DNA of 64,000 nt. Source: an uncultured Acidobacteriaceae bacterium. GTDB taxonomy: Bacteria; Acidobacteriota; Terriglobia; Terriglobales; Acidobacteriaceae. The notes beneath the pieces are model-generated. The model saw only the letters and a program-made list of their open reading frames with translations, did no database searches and had not been told where the DNA came from. The stretch is taken from the NCBI GenBank assembly GCA_963826875.1, contig CAWGYP010000023.1, forward strand, positions 458,602-522,601, given 5' to 3'. Of the stretch, positions 28,348 through 38,259 are shown in pieces (positions within the stretch are counted from its first letter, which is position 1; every line of letters starts with the position of its first letter). The translations under genes were made by a program, and so were the position numbers.

Positions 28348-29226
28348 CTACTCCTGCTCGAGCATCGCCAGAGCCTTGGCGAGGCTCACCCGCATGCGAT
28401 TGAACGACGTGGTTACACTGGCGATCTCATCGCTTCCCGATACCACCAGTGGGGGCACATCTTTCTCGCCCTTGCTGATGCGATCGCCGCTGTCGCAAAC
28501 AACCCTGAGCGGGCGAATGACAAACCAGTAAACCGCTGCATCGAGGGCGAGAATGCAGGTCAGAAGGGTCAGCACGAGAATCACCATAAGATTAAAAAAG
28601 GCTTTTTGGGCGATCTGGACAGGCACAGACATGGGTACGGAAATGATCTGGGCCCCCACTAGTTTGTTCAGCTTCCAGCCGAAACCATTGGCATTCCCAT
28701 AAGTGGCCACCATGGCATGGGGCGCGTTCGCGGGAAGGCTGTGACATTCAAGGCAGGAAGCATCCGTCTTTATAGGTTGGGCAACGTAGAGTGACCGGCC
28801 CGTGGGCGTCTCGCGCTCGCCCACCACCTCGTGTTGTTCCGGATGATCGCGCAGGCCGTGAATCACATCGGTCTCCCAATCGGTGGCCCGATCCTCGGGG
28901 TTAGTGGGGTTGAGACTAGCTTCCTTATAGGCGAAATCGGGGTAGCTTTTGCGCAGCCGGTTGAAGGTGGTGCTGGCAGCGTAAAAGGGGACGCTCTCGA
29001 CAAGGAACTTCGCTCTGTGCAGCGGATTCTGTTGCAGCAGCGGGGAAAGATCGTCGGCCGTGTAATCGCGTACGGCCTTGGCACTGGCTACCATCAGCTG
29101 GGCCTGATCAAGGACCTCGCGACGGGCGTTGTTAATCAAAAAGCTGTAGGCGAACACGGCGATGATGAGAACGCCCACCCCAAAGACAGCGAGCAGGATG
29201 AGGTTGAACTTGGCCAGAAGTTTCAT
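28348..29226 (-). CDS. DUF3365 (Tll0287-like) c-type haem sensor domain + HAMP protein
   Basis: N-terminal TM helix. CxxCH motif (CLECH) in the DUF3365-like region. Second TM helix followed by HAMP (RPLRVV...GSDEIASVTTSFNRM). No output domain. Confidence 0.7.
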   Translation of the reverse strand: MKLLAKFNLILLAVFGVGVLIIAVFAYSFLINNARREVLDQAQLMVASAKAVRDYTADDLSPLLQQNPLHRAKFLVESVPFYAASTTFNRLRKSYPDFAYKEASLNPTNPEDRATDWETDVIHGLRDHPEQHEVVGERETPTGRSLYVAQPIKTDASCLECHSLPANAPHAMVATYGNANGFGWKLNKLVGAQIISVPMSVPVQIAQKAFFNLMVILVLTLLTCILALDAAVYWFVIRPLRVVCDSGDRISKGEKDVPPLVVSGSDEIASVTTSFNRMRVSLAKALAMLEQE

Positions 29227-29288
29227 TCAGGTGGTCTCCGGCTGCTCGCCAGAGTACCACCGGGACGATGGGAATGTGCAGCTGTTTC

Positions 29289-29498
29289 CTACTCCATCCT
29301 CAGTGCGCGCAGCACCAGCCTAACCAGCGCGCTTTTGCCTGAGCCTAGGGCGAGACGGATGCCGAACTCCTGCAGCCGACGGGAGACTGAGTCCGCGAGC
29401 ACACCGTAGACGCCCGGCAGAAGCGTTGGGATGGCGACCTGCGGATCTATCTGCCAGATCGCACGCTGTATCTCGGGGATCAGCCGGTCTATGGATAG
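29289..29498 (-). pseudogene. ADOP permease relic (C-terminal fragment, no start codon)
   Basis: 70 codons in frame directly after the PadR stop: ...IDPQVAIPTLLPGVYGVLADSVSRRLQEFGIRLALGSGKSALVRLVLRALRME-stop. Parallels ...YGVMAYSAARRTSEIGIRLALGA...EALRHE of the intact paralogs. Confidence 0.6.
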
Positions 29499-29501
29499 CT
29501 C

Positions 29502-29840
29502 CTAGTTGGACGGAGCGAGAAAACGCGCCATCGTGGCGGCAATGCGCTCCCAATTTTCTGTCTCGTGCTCGATCTGTTTGCGGCCGGTGCGGCTGAGCGA
29601 GTAGAACTTGGCGCGGCGGTTGGTCTCCGAAGTACCCCACTCGCTCTTGATCCAGCCCCGTTGCTCAAGACGCAGGAGTGCGGGGTAAATGGTGCCCTGA
29701 TTCAGGCTTAGGGAATTGCCACTGACTTGCTCGATTCGACGTGCAATCCCGTAGCCGTGCAGCGGGCCCATGGATTCAAGGGTCTTCAGCACCATCAGGT
29801 CCAGGGTGCCCTGCAGTACATCGGATTTTTGATCGCCCAT
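29502..29840 (-). CDS. PadR-family transcriptional regulator (acidobacterial type)
   Basis: VLQGTLDLMVLKTLESMGPLHGYGIARRIEQVSGNSLSLNQGTIYPALLRLEQRGWIKSEWGTSETNRRAKFYSLSRTGRKQ. Confidence 0.85.
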   Translation of the reverse strand: MGDQKSDVLQGTLDLMVLKTLESMGPLHGYGIARRIEQVSGNSLSLNQGTIYPALLRLEQRGWIKSEWGTSETNRRAKFYSLSRTGRKQIEHETENWERIAATMARFLAPSN

Positions 29841-29939
29841 TGTCTCTCCTGTTGAGACTCTTACTATGCTGAGCCTTTGATAGGCAGAATGTCAACAGGT
29901 ATAAGCACGAGAGTTTGCATCTCTCTTTGGCTGTACCAA

Positions 29940-30731
29940 TCATTCTGCCGCACCCCCAGACAGATACCGCGTCGGTGTCGTGCCCAGTTGGTTGCGGAAC
30001 ATTGCTATGAAGGCGCTGGGCGAATTGTAGCCGCACTCCAGGGCCACTGTGGTTACTGCTTCTCCGGCCGCAAGCCGCTGCATCGCACTGATGAGCCGTA
30101 ACCTCTGCCGCCATTTACTGAAGGACATTCCTGTCTCTTCAGCGAACAGGCGCTGCATCGTCCGCTTGCTGGCCCCGGATTCGCTGCACAGATCATCGAG
30201 GGGACGTTGATCGCTGGGGCTGGCCAACAGCTTTTCCAACAATTTTCGCGCGCGCGGATCGCGCGGATGCGGCAGCTGAACCGGAATTGACTCCACCACC
30301 TTCAACTGGTCCACAATCAAGTCAATGATGTGCCGTTCCGCAGAGATCTTCCTTCGTAGTTTCGGAAAATTGCACGCGTGAACGATCAATTCCTTTAGCA
30401 GCGACGAGACATTGATGACAAGGCATCTGCGAGGAAGGGATTTGCATAATTTGGGTAGGAAATAAAGCGTCCTCATGGAGACCCGTCCCGACATGGTGAC
30501 GCCATGGAATGTTTCGGCTGGAATCCAAACCGCGCGCAACGGCGGAACAACCCAGATTCCCTGATCCGTGTCGACAGTCATGGTGCCTTCCGCGGCATAG
30601 AGAAGTTGGTCCTCAGGATGGGAATGTCGTTGGAGGACATGTCCGTGCCTGAAATCCCAGGAGACGCTGGCCACTTCCGCGAGACGGCGGCCTGTTTGGT
30701 CGAAGAGGAAGAGATGGCGCGTTCGCGACAT
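29940..30731 (-). CDS. AraC-family transcriptional regulator (cupin + HTH)
   Basis: N-terminal cupin-like HSHPEDQLLYAAEG. C-terminal HTH_AraC (LALECGYNSPSAFIAMFRNQLGTTPTRY). Confidence 0.85.
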   Translation of the reverse strand: MSRTRHLFLFDQTGRRLAEVASVSWDFRHGHVLQRHSHPEDQLLYAAEGTMTVDTDQGIWVVPPLRAVWIPAETFHGVTMSGRVSMRTLYFLPKLCKSLPRRCLVINVSSLLKELIVHACNFPKLRRKISAERHIIDLIVDQLKVVESIPVQLPHPRDPRARKLLEKLLASPSDQRPLDDLCSESGASKRTMQRLFAEETGMSFSKWRQRLRLISAMQRLAAGEAVTTVALECGYNSPSAFIAMFRNQLGTTPTRYLSGGAAE

Positions 30732-30798
30732 TGTTTGTCACGATAGCGAAAGTTTGCATTCGCCACAAGTGCTATTCCTGAGGTGGATTGGAGACACC

Positions 30799-31173
30799 AT
30801 GTTAACTGCGGGGAAGATGGTTGGATTTATTGCTACAACCGACTACGACAAGGCCCGAGCTTTCTACGAAGGCAAACTCGGGTTTGAATTTATAAGCCAG
30901 GATCAGTTCGCGCTCGTGGTGCGCGCAGGTGACCACAAGATTCGAATTTCAAAGGTTCCCGACTTTGCGCCATTTCACGGAACCGTGCTGGGTTGGGAAG
31001 TAGGCGATATTGATGCCGTGGTTATTTGGCTCAAGAATCGAGGAGTATCGACCGAGAAGTACCCCTTCGTGGCAGACAAGGAACTCGGGATCTGGACAGC
31101 CCCTTCCGGAGATAAAGTGGCGTGGTTCAAAGATCCGGACGGTAATGTTCTTTCCGTCAGCTATCATCCATGA
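30799..31173 (+). CDS. VOC/glyoxalase-family protein
   Basis: YDKARAFYEGKLGFEF...VPDF...HGTVLGWEV.DID...L..RGV...W.APSGDKVAWFKDPDGNVLS. Divergent from the AraC gene. Confidence 0.75.
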   Translation: MLTAGKMVGFIATTDYDKARAFYEGKLGFEFISQDQFALVVRAGDHKIRISKVPDFAPFHGTVLGWEVGDIDAVVIWLKNRGVSTEKYPFVADKELGIWTAPSGDKVAWFKDPDGNVLSVSYHP

Positions 31174-31209
31174 GCCGGTTCGCTGGCCCAGCCAGATCCG
31201 GCAACCATT

Positions 31210-31255
31210 GAGTGGGTGGCCCAGGTCTCGCTTTTGAGACCTGGGCCACCCACTC
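31210..31255. terminator. Perfect 20-bp hairpin (terminator or REP-like element)
   Basis: GAGTGGGTGGCCCAGGTCTC-gctttt-GAGACCTGGGCCACCCACTC, 37 nt after the 31173 stop. No following T-tract. Confidence 0.45.
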
Positions 31256-31509
31256 GAAGTCTGGGAAGCTGCAACCTCTTAAGTCTGGAGGCTGCAACTT
31301 CTTTTCGACAGAGCGCAGCAAACGGAGAGATAAGCGGCTTCCCTTCCCCTTGACCTCTACTCCAGCCACAACCACCTCTTTTCCCTGCCGCTGAACATAC
31401 AATCCCGTTCCTGCGTACTTCCTTCCAACTGGATTAATAATCATCCAGCCGCAGCGTCATCTCTATGAACATTCGAAAAGGTGAGCCCTTGGCCGTCGGC
31501 GACACAACG

Positions 31510-32034
31510 ATGCCATTCACAGCAAGCCGTGAGAGCCTGTCGCAATTATTTTGCGAGCATCATCGGCGCATTCTCACTGCGGCCTACCGCATCACCGGGA
31601 GCATGGCGGATGCGGAGGATGTTACCCAGGCTGTTTTCATGCGCCTGCTGAGCAGTGACAGCTTACCAATTACGAACGCCGGCAGCTATCTTTACCGCGC
31701 CGCCATCAACGGAGCACTCGATCTGTTGCGGCGACGGAAGGCTGCTCCGGCAGGCGAGTTGCAAGACGCGGCAGCAATCGCCGCTACCGGGCCGGGAAGC
31801 TCGCCGGAGACTGCCATCTCGAACAGGGAGCTCGGCGGCTGGCTCAGACTGGCGATCAGCGAATTGCCTCCTCGAGCGGCTGAAATGTTTAGCCTGCGAT
31901 ATGTAGAAGAGCTGGGGAATCGCGAGATCGCAAGGTTGATGGGCACATCACAGGCTGTCGTCGCGGTGACGCTCCATCATGCACGATCGAAGCTGAAGAA
32001 ACGACTCAGGGAAATGGAACAGGAGAGACCATGA
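31510..32034 (+). CDS. ECF-type RNA polymerase sigma-70 factor
   Basis: Region 2 DAEDVTQAVFMRLL...YLYRAAINGALDLLRRR. Region 4 FSLRYVEELGNREIARLMGTSQAVVAVTLHHARSKLKK. Overlaps the next gene by 4 nt. Confidence 0.85.
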   Translation: MPFTASRESLSQLFCEHHRRILTAAYRITGSMADAEDVTQAVFMRLLSSDSLPITNAGSYLYRAAINGALDLLRRRKAAPAGELQDAAAIAATGPGSSPETAISNRELGGWLRLAISELPPRAAEMFSLRYVEELGNREIARLMGTSQAVVAVTLHHARSKLKKRLREMEQERP

Positions 32035-34604
32035 GACGACACGATGAGATGCGGCTAAGAACGGCCGTCCAGGCACTGCAAGGGGATGCACCCGATGCGG
32101 CGCAACTGGCCGCTGCCGCCAGGCGCGTGGCCGGCAGCCTCGGTATAGACGTCATCGACGACCCGATGGTCGACATCATCGAGAACTGTGAGGACGTACA
32201 GCATTTGCTCGCTTCTTATCGGGCAGGAACCCTCTCCAGCGCACGGCGTCTCCTGATCGAGGATCACCTGCGCGACTGTGGCGCCTGCCTCCGCCGGTTC
32301 CGGAGCGGAACAGCAGTGCTCGACTGGTCTACTCCTGCGGCTAAAGATGCATTTGTCTGGCCTTCGCAGGCATTCGGCTTGGCAACAGCTGCCTGTTTCG
32401 CACTTCTGGTCTTGTCGTTCTTCGCCTACAAGGCCTATTGGCAGACCCCGCCGGGAGTCCGAGCCGAAGTGCAGTCGATCGACGGCTCAGCGTATGGCAT
32501 TTCCGAGGCAGGCGATCGCAAGCTGTCCGCCGGCGACCAGCTAAAAGCCGGGGAACAATTCCGGACCGGCGGCGGAGCGCATGCCGTTCTTCGCCTCTCA
32601 GATGGATCCACCGTTGAGGTCAATGAGAGAAGTGTCCTCGGGGTCGGTGCAAGGGGGCATAACATGACTATCTCACTCGACAATGGAGCAGTCATCGTGC
32701 AGGCCGCCAAGCGCGACCAAGGCCATTTGTACGTGAAAACTCCCGATTGCCGGGTGGCGGTCACAGGTACGGTTTTCTCCGTCAACTCGGGAATCAAGGG
32801 CTCACGCGTAGCAGTCCTGCAAGGAGCCGTTCAAGTGATGCATGCGGGAATGGATACGCTGGTGCATGCCGGCGATCAACTCAGTACCAACGACAATCTG
32901 AGCCCCGAACCGGTTGCACAGCAAATCTCCTGGAGCCAGGATCGTGAACAGTACCTGGTCTTGTTGGCGCAGTTCACCGCAATCCAGCGCCGGGTTGAAC
33001 AGATTCCGTTTCCCCAACCCAGGTACACCAGTGATTTGCTGGAGCGGGTTCCTGCCGACACCTTGTTGTATATCAGCATCCCTAACCTTGGTGAGTTCTT
33101 GAACCAGGCCAATCAGATCTTCCAGGATCAATTGAAGCAGAGTCCCGCACTTCAGCAGTGGTGGGACCGGGGACACGGTGGCAACACGGCGGACCTGGAC
33201 GCGCTCATCGAAAAGCTGCACCTGGCTAGCCAGTATCTGGGCAACGAAATCGTCATCGTCGGAGCGAACCAGACCGCCGCTCCCGGCTTCGCTATCCTTG
33301 CCGATTTGCAACAAAGCGGCCTCGATGATTTCCTCAGAAAGCAGTTCGCATCTTCAACCGGGCTCATTTTGTTAGACGAGCAGTCGCTACAAAATACTCC
33401 CACTTCACCGGCAACAAAGTCCGGCGGATACGCTCTCATCAGGCCGCGGGAGGCAGTCTTCTCCAACAGCATCGCAACGTTGAAGCAGATCAACGCACAG
33501 TTGAATGCCGGTGCCAGCGGCTTCGCGGCAGGAGACTTCGGAAAGCAGATTGCCGCCGCCTATGGCCGCGGCGCCGGAGTCATCCTGGCCGCGGACCTTC
33601 ATCAAATGGTGGCCGACAAACTTCGCGCCGGCGGCAAGGGCACGGAGGCGATTGAGAATAGCGGGATGGATGAGGTGCAGTATCTGATTGCAGAGCACCG
33701 CGAAACCAATGGACTGCCTGAGAATCACCTGGATCTGCAATTCTCCGGAACCAGGCAACATGCCGCTTCATGGCTCGCTGCCCCTGCCCCGATTGGTTCG
33801 CTCGACTTTGTGACCCCCAATGCGGCGGTTGCAGTGGCGTTCCTGTCCAAAGACCCAACGACGATTGCCGATGACCTCATGACCATGGCCGCAAACCAGC
33901 CAACGCAGAATACGAAATGGACCGAGGCCGAGGCAAAGCTGGGGATAAGTTTCCGTGATGATCTGGCTGCGAACCTTGGTGGTGACTTTCTCTTGTCGCT
34001 CGACGGACCAGTTCTGCCAACGCCTTCGTGGAAAGCGGTCATTGAAGTCAACAACCCTCAGCGACTGGAGAATACCCTGGAGCGATTGGCACAATCCCTT
34101 CGCGACCAGGCTCAGGGTACGCAATCGCATCCGCTTGCGATCGAATCGAGCCAGGTCGGAGCGCAGCGCTTCTATTCTGTCCAGGATCTGACCTCTGGCG
34201 CCACCGTCGCGCAGTATATTTTTTCCGATGGCTACATGATCGTGGCGCCCAATCGCGCTCTTCTTATGGAGGCATTGCGCACCCATGCGAGTGGCGATTC
34301 CCTTGCCCGATCCACGTCGTTCAAGGCGTTGCTTCCGAAGGATGAGAATGAGAATTACTCGGCCATCGCTTATCAGAACCTGGGCCCGGTTTTGACGCCG
34401 CTGCTGTCTCAATTAAGTGCAGAGTCAGCGCAGGCAATCCGGCAGATCGCGGCAGACTCCCGGCCCACCGCGATCTGTGCCTGGGGAAAAGACAGCCGTA
34501 TCGAAGCAGCCAGCAATAGCCATCTTTTCGGATTTGATTTCCTGACTCTGGGGGCGTTGACAAGTTCCGGGAACAAGCACCCTTCCCAAAGCGTAAAAGA
34601 GTGA
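32031..34604 (+). CDS. Anti-sigma factor (zf-HC2 + TM + FecR domain) with about 550-aa uncharacterised C-terminal region
   Basis: [12 protein letters not shown] zinc-finger motif. TM helix [19 protein letters not shown]. FecR-like [25 protein letters not shown]...[17 protein letters not shown]. Confidence 0.8.
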   Translation: MRRHDEMRLRTAVQALQGDAPDAAQLAAAARRVAGSLGIDVIDDPMVDIIENCEDVQHLLASYRAGTLSSARRLLIEDHLRDCGACLRRFRSGTAVLDWSTPAAKDAFVWPSQAFGLATAACFALLVLSFFAYKAYWQTPPGVRAEVQSIDGSAYGISEAGDRKLSAGDQLKAGEQFRTGGGAHAVLRLSDGSTVEVNERSVLGVGARGHNMTISLDNGAVIVQAAKRDQGHLYVKTPDCRVAVTGTVFSVNSGIKGSRVAVLQGAVQVMHAGMDTLVHAGDQLSTNDNLSPEPVAQQISWSQDREQYLVLLAQFTAIQRRVEQIPFPQPRYTSDLLERVPADTLLYISIPNLGEFLNQANQIFQDQLKQSPALQQWWDRGHGGNTADLDALIEKLHLASQYLGNEIVIVGANQTAAPGFAILADLQQSGLDDFLRKQFASSTGLILLDEQSLQNTPTSPATKSGGYALIRPREAVFSNSIATLKQINAQLNAGASGFAAGDFGKQIAAAYGRGAGVILAADLHQMVADKLRAGGKGTEAIENSGMDEVQYLIAEHRETNGLPENHLDLQFSGTRQHAASWLAAPAPIGSLDFVTPNAAVAVAFLSKDPTTIADDLMTMAANQPTQNTKWTEAEAKLGISFRDDLAANLGGDFLLSLDGPVLPTPSWKAVIEVNNPQRLENTLERLAQSLRDQAQGTQSHPLAIESSQVGAQRFYSVQDLTSGATVAQYIFSDGYMIVAPNRALLMEALRTHASGDSLARSTSFKALLPKDENENYSAIAYQNLGPVLTPLLSQLSAESAQAIRQIAADSRPTAICAWGKDSRIEAASNSHLFGFDFLTLGALTSSGNKHPSQSVKE

Positions 34605-34605
34605 C

Positions 34606-35548
34606 ATGAGCGTAATTGACCTCGAAGGATTGGAGGTCCGGCTGGGAAATCGCACCGTGCTGAATGGACTCACGGGAGCGTTGCAGGGGCACGTCATCGG
34701 CCTGCTCGGTCCCAACGGCGCGGGAAAATCCACACTGATCAACACCCTGCTTGGGTTTCACCGGCCTTCGCGGGGATCAGCCCACGTCTTTGGGCTGGAT
34801 ACGTATCGGGAGAGAGCGCAGATACGCGGAGCAATCGGATACATGCCGGAGAACGATTCCTTCATCGGAAACATGAGCGGCGTGCGCTTTGTCCGCTACA
34901 TGGCCGAACTTGCAGGGCTGCCTGCAGGAATAGCACTGGAACGTGCCCATGAAGCACTTTTCTTCGTTGGTTTGGGCGAAGTGCGATACCGAAAGGTGAG
35001 CACCTACTCGCTGGGGATGAAACAGCTGATCAAGCTTAGCCCAGGCGCTTGCGCACGGTCCAAAACTGCTCATTTTGGACGAGCCCACCAACGGCCTCGA
35101 TCCCATCGCCCGCCAGCGCATGATTCAACTGATCAAAGATATCCGGAAAGAAGGAAGTGTCCGGATGCTCATCTCGTCCCATCTGCTGCCGGATATTGAT
35201 GAGACCTGCGATGAAGTCCTCATTCTCAAGAACGGGCGCATTGCCGCACTTCGCAATATTGAAGAGGAACGCCGTTCGAACCGCAGCTTTATGGAACTGG
35301 AAACGGTGGGGTCGACCGAGCAATTTTCTGTGCGTATCCGGGGCCTTGGCTGCGAATGCGCATCCTTCCCTGGCGGCCGCATCAAGCTGGTGATTCCCGA
35401 CCACATCGAAGCTCGCGATTTGTACGTCATAGCGTCCGAACAAGGAGTCCAGATCCGCCGTATGAACCAGCGGCGTGATTCCCTTGAGGACATCTTTCTA
35501 AGAGCGATGGACCAGGAATGGGCGGGGCCGGCACATGTCAGTCTATAA
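34606..35548 (+). pseudogene. ABC transporter ATP-binding protein, frameshifted near 35038
   Basis: Frame 1 has Walker [10 protein letters not shown] and signature YSLGMKQ(LIKL). [21 protein letters not shown] (Walker B) continues in the +1 frame (ORF 35075-35548). One extra base near 35035-35040, or a sequencing error. Confidence 0.75.
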
Positions 35549-36410
35549 ACACCACTACCGTGCTTATACCGGCAAACTTACTCCGGTATGGACTCGAATC
35601 TTCGTGCTCGCACGTTACGGTTACGCAGAAGCCTGGTCATCAAGGATCACGGTCGGCATGTTCACGCTTTTCATGTTGCCTTGCCTGGTTTTTTTATTTG
35701 GAATCTATTTTGCGAATAACCCGCTGGCAAGACAGCTGCTCAATTTGCGTAACCCGAATATTTTAGCGATTAATGGCGGATTCTTTCTCAACGTTCTCGC
35801 GGTGCAATCGATTCCGGCGCTGATCCTGGCATCCTGGATCGCGCCCCGCCTGATCACCTTTGATCTTGCGGACGACGCGCTGCCGATCCTGCTCAGTCAC
35901 CCTATCTCGCGCTTCGGCTATGTTTTTGGCAAGTGGATTGCGCTGTTCGCGTCCCTCTCCCTGGTGACCTGGATTCCAGCTCTTCTGCTCTTTGCTTATC
36001 AAGGCTATTCCTCGCCACAACCCTGGGCGCTTAGCCATCTCCCCGTCGCCGGCGGCGTGGTGGCAGGAGCAGTGATCTGGATTGCCTTCCTCTCCCTTCT
36101 TGGCCTGGCTCTCTCTTCCTGGGTGAAGTGGAGGGTGGTGGCTACCGGTGTGATCATTGCATCCATCCTTGTGCCCGCGGGCGTGGGCGGCATTGTGAGC
36201 GCAGTCTTACGCACGAAGTGGGGCTTGCTGCTCAACTTCCCATTCATGATGTCAGTCCTTTGGCAGCGATTGCTCGGTGTCCCGGACCCATTCCGCTCGA
36301 AGGCGCACTTGCCGACTGCGGCGATTACGGCGATGTTCACGCTTGCCTGCTTGCTCTGTGTGGCTATGCTGTTTGTACGCATCCGTGCTCGCGAGGTGGT
36401 CCGGGGATGA
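35535..36410 (+). CDS. ABC-2-type transporter permease
   Basis: 291-aa polytopic membrane ORF lying between two ABC ATPase genes, with overlapping stop/start codons. Confidence 0.7.
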   Translation: MSVYKHHYRAYTGKLTPVWTRIFVLARYGYAEAWSSRITVGMFTLFMLPCLVFLFGIYFANNPLARQLLNLRNPNILAINGGFFLNVLAVQSIPALILASWIAPRLITFDLADDALPILLSHPISRFGYVFGKWIALFASLSLVTWIPALLLFAYQGYSSPQPWALSHLPVAGGVVAGAVIWIAFLSLLGLALSSWVKWRVVATGVIIASILVPAGVGGIVSAVLRTKWGLLLNFPFMMSVLWQRLLGVPDPFRSKAHLPTAAITAMFTLACLLCVAMLFVRIRAREVVRG

Positions 36411-37348
36411 AGGATCGGATCATTTTCGAAAATGTATCCAAGTTTTACGGCGAAGTTCTGGGCGTGAATCGAATTTCGCTGACGATTCCTCCCGGAATCA
36501 CAACCCTGGTCGGACCGAATGGATCCGGCAAGACCACGCTGATGAACCTCATGACAGGATTGGTTCAGCCATCAGGCGGACACATTTCGGTCATGGGACT
36601 TTCCCCAGGCAACGCAATTGAGTTCTTTCGCACCGTCGGCTACTGCACTCAGTTCGATTCCTTCCCCCGCGGAATTACCGGATGGCAGTTTATCTTCGAC
36701 AGCCTGATGCTCCACGGGATGAGTAAGAACGAGGCCACCAGGCTGACTCGCGAGTCTCTCGAAAGGGTACAACTTGGCGATGCAGCGGGCCGGCGAATTG
36801 CGGGCTACAGCAAAGGCATGCGGCAGAAGACTCGATTGGCCCAGGCGATTGCCCATCATCCCAGAGTTCTGGTTCTCGATGAACCTCTGAACGGGTTGGA
36901 CCCTATGGCCCGCGCGGAATCGATCGCGCTCTTTGAAGAGCTTGGCCGGCAGGGAATGCATTTGTTGATCTCCAGCCACATTCTTGACGAGGTTGACCGT
37001 ATCTCCGACCGCGTCGTCCTGATCACTGGTGGATACCTGATTGCTGAGGGAAATATCCATGAGGTAAGGCAGGAGGTGCGGGAAAGGCCGATGCAGGTTC
37101 TGATCCGTTGCGACCACCCGGAGTTGTTGGCGTCGAAGATGTTTGCCATCAATCATTGCGTCGAAGCCAGAATGCATGCGGACGGAAGGGGCGTATTCCT
37201 GCGCACCGGGGATATCGACCAGTTCTACTCCACCCTCAACGGGATCGCGGCGGAGGGGCTGGTCAAGATCGAGGCGGTCGCGCCGGCCGACGATGATGCC
37301 AATGCCATCTATCAATATCTGATCGGCCCGGACGGGAGTGCGCTGTGA
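36407..37348 (+). CDS. ABC transporter ATP-binding protein
   Basis: Start moved to ATG 36407 (GGGATGA overlaps the previous stop). Walker A GPNGSGKTT, signature YSKGMRQKT, Walker B VLVLDEPLNGLD. Confidence 0.9.
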   Translation: MKDRIIFENVSKFYGEVLGVNRISLTIPPGITTLVGPNGSGKTTLMNLMTGLVQPSGGHISVMGLSPGNAIEFFRTVGYCTQFDSFPRGITGWQFIFDSLMLHGMSKNEATRLTRESLERVQLGDAAGRRIAGYSKGMRQKTRLAQAIAHHPRVLVLDEPLNGLDPMARAESIALFEELGRQGMHLLISSHILDEVDRISDRVVLITGGYLIAEGNIHEVRQEVRERPMQVLIRCDHPELLASKMFAINHCVEARMHADGRGVFLRTGDIDQFYSTLNGIAAEGLVKIEAVAPADDDANAIYQYLIGPDGSAL

Positions 37349-38212
37349 TGCGACCGACAATTGCCAACCTTCGAAACGATTTCACGCAACAGCCATGGGG
37401 CCTCTGGTGGGTACAGACGTGGCGCCTGACTCGTATGGAAGTGAGAAGAAACCTCTTCTCCTGGAGAGCGAGCTGGATTTATTTTCTTGCCTTCATTCCG
37501 GCGTTGATCATCCTGACTCATTTGTTGATGGATTCGCATCCTCCGTCCGCGATGAGCGAAGACACCCAGCATACTGGCAGGGATCGTCCAGTTCTATTAC
37601 ATCCGCCTGGCGGTTTTCTTCGGCTGCCTGGGTATCTTTTCGCGGCTGATTCGTGGGGAGATGATCGAGCGCAGCCTACACTTCTACCTTCTCTCTCCGG
37701 TAAGGCGGGAGCTCCTGCTGCTGGGCAAGTTTGCAGCCGGATCGATCAGTGCCCTGCTATTGTTTGGCGCGGCAATCACTGCTAATTTCGTTCTCATTTA
37801 CGTCGGCTTCGGCGCAGCCGGACGTGATTATGTCTTCCATGGTCCTGGCCTTGGCCAGTGGGAGTCTTATCTGGCAATCATCGTCCTCGCCTGTCTTGGA
37901 TATGGGGCGATCTTTCTTCTGTTGAGCATGATGTTCAGAAATCCAACCCCGGCCGCGTTGCTCGTCTGGGGGTGGGAAGCAATCAACCCTATTCTGCCTT
38001 CCCTATTGCAGAGATTCAGCGTCGTGTTCTATCTGCACCATCTGATGCCGGTCAGCGTCGCCGCTGAAGGCCTTTTCGCCCTTCTTACCGTGCAGACCGA
38101 GCCCGTATCCGGCCGGGCTTCCACGCTAGGTTTGCTGCTGCTGATCGTGGTCGTGCTGTTCTACTCCTGCTATCGCATGCGTACGCTCGAGATTCGATAC
38201 ACGACTGAATAG
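37345..38212 (+). pseudogene. ABC-2-type permease, frameshifted near 37555-37575
   Basis: ORF 37345-37785 has a plausible N-terminus up to about LLMDSHPPSAMSE. The hydrophobic continuation SILAGIVQFYYIRLAVFFGCLGIFSRLIRGEMIERSLHFYLLSPVRRE... is in the +1 frame (open from 37556, ORF 37661-38212). Confidence 0.65.
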
Positions 38213-38259
38213 TCAAAGAGCGGTAGACGGATTGATGACTCCATAAATTATCCGCCCTC

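Noticed and set aside
34606-38212. Programmed ribosomal frameshifting as an explanation for the two +1 frame breaks.
   Set aside because: No slippery heptamer or stimulatory structure is evident at either site, and ABC components are not known recoding targets. Mutation or sequencing error is more parsimonious.
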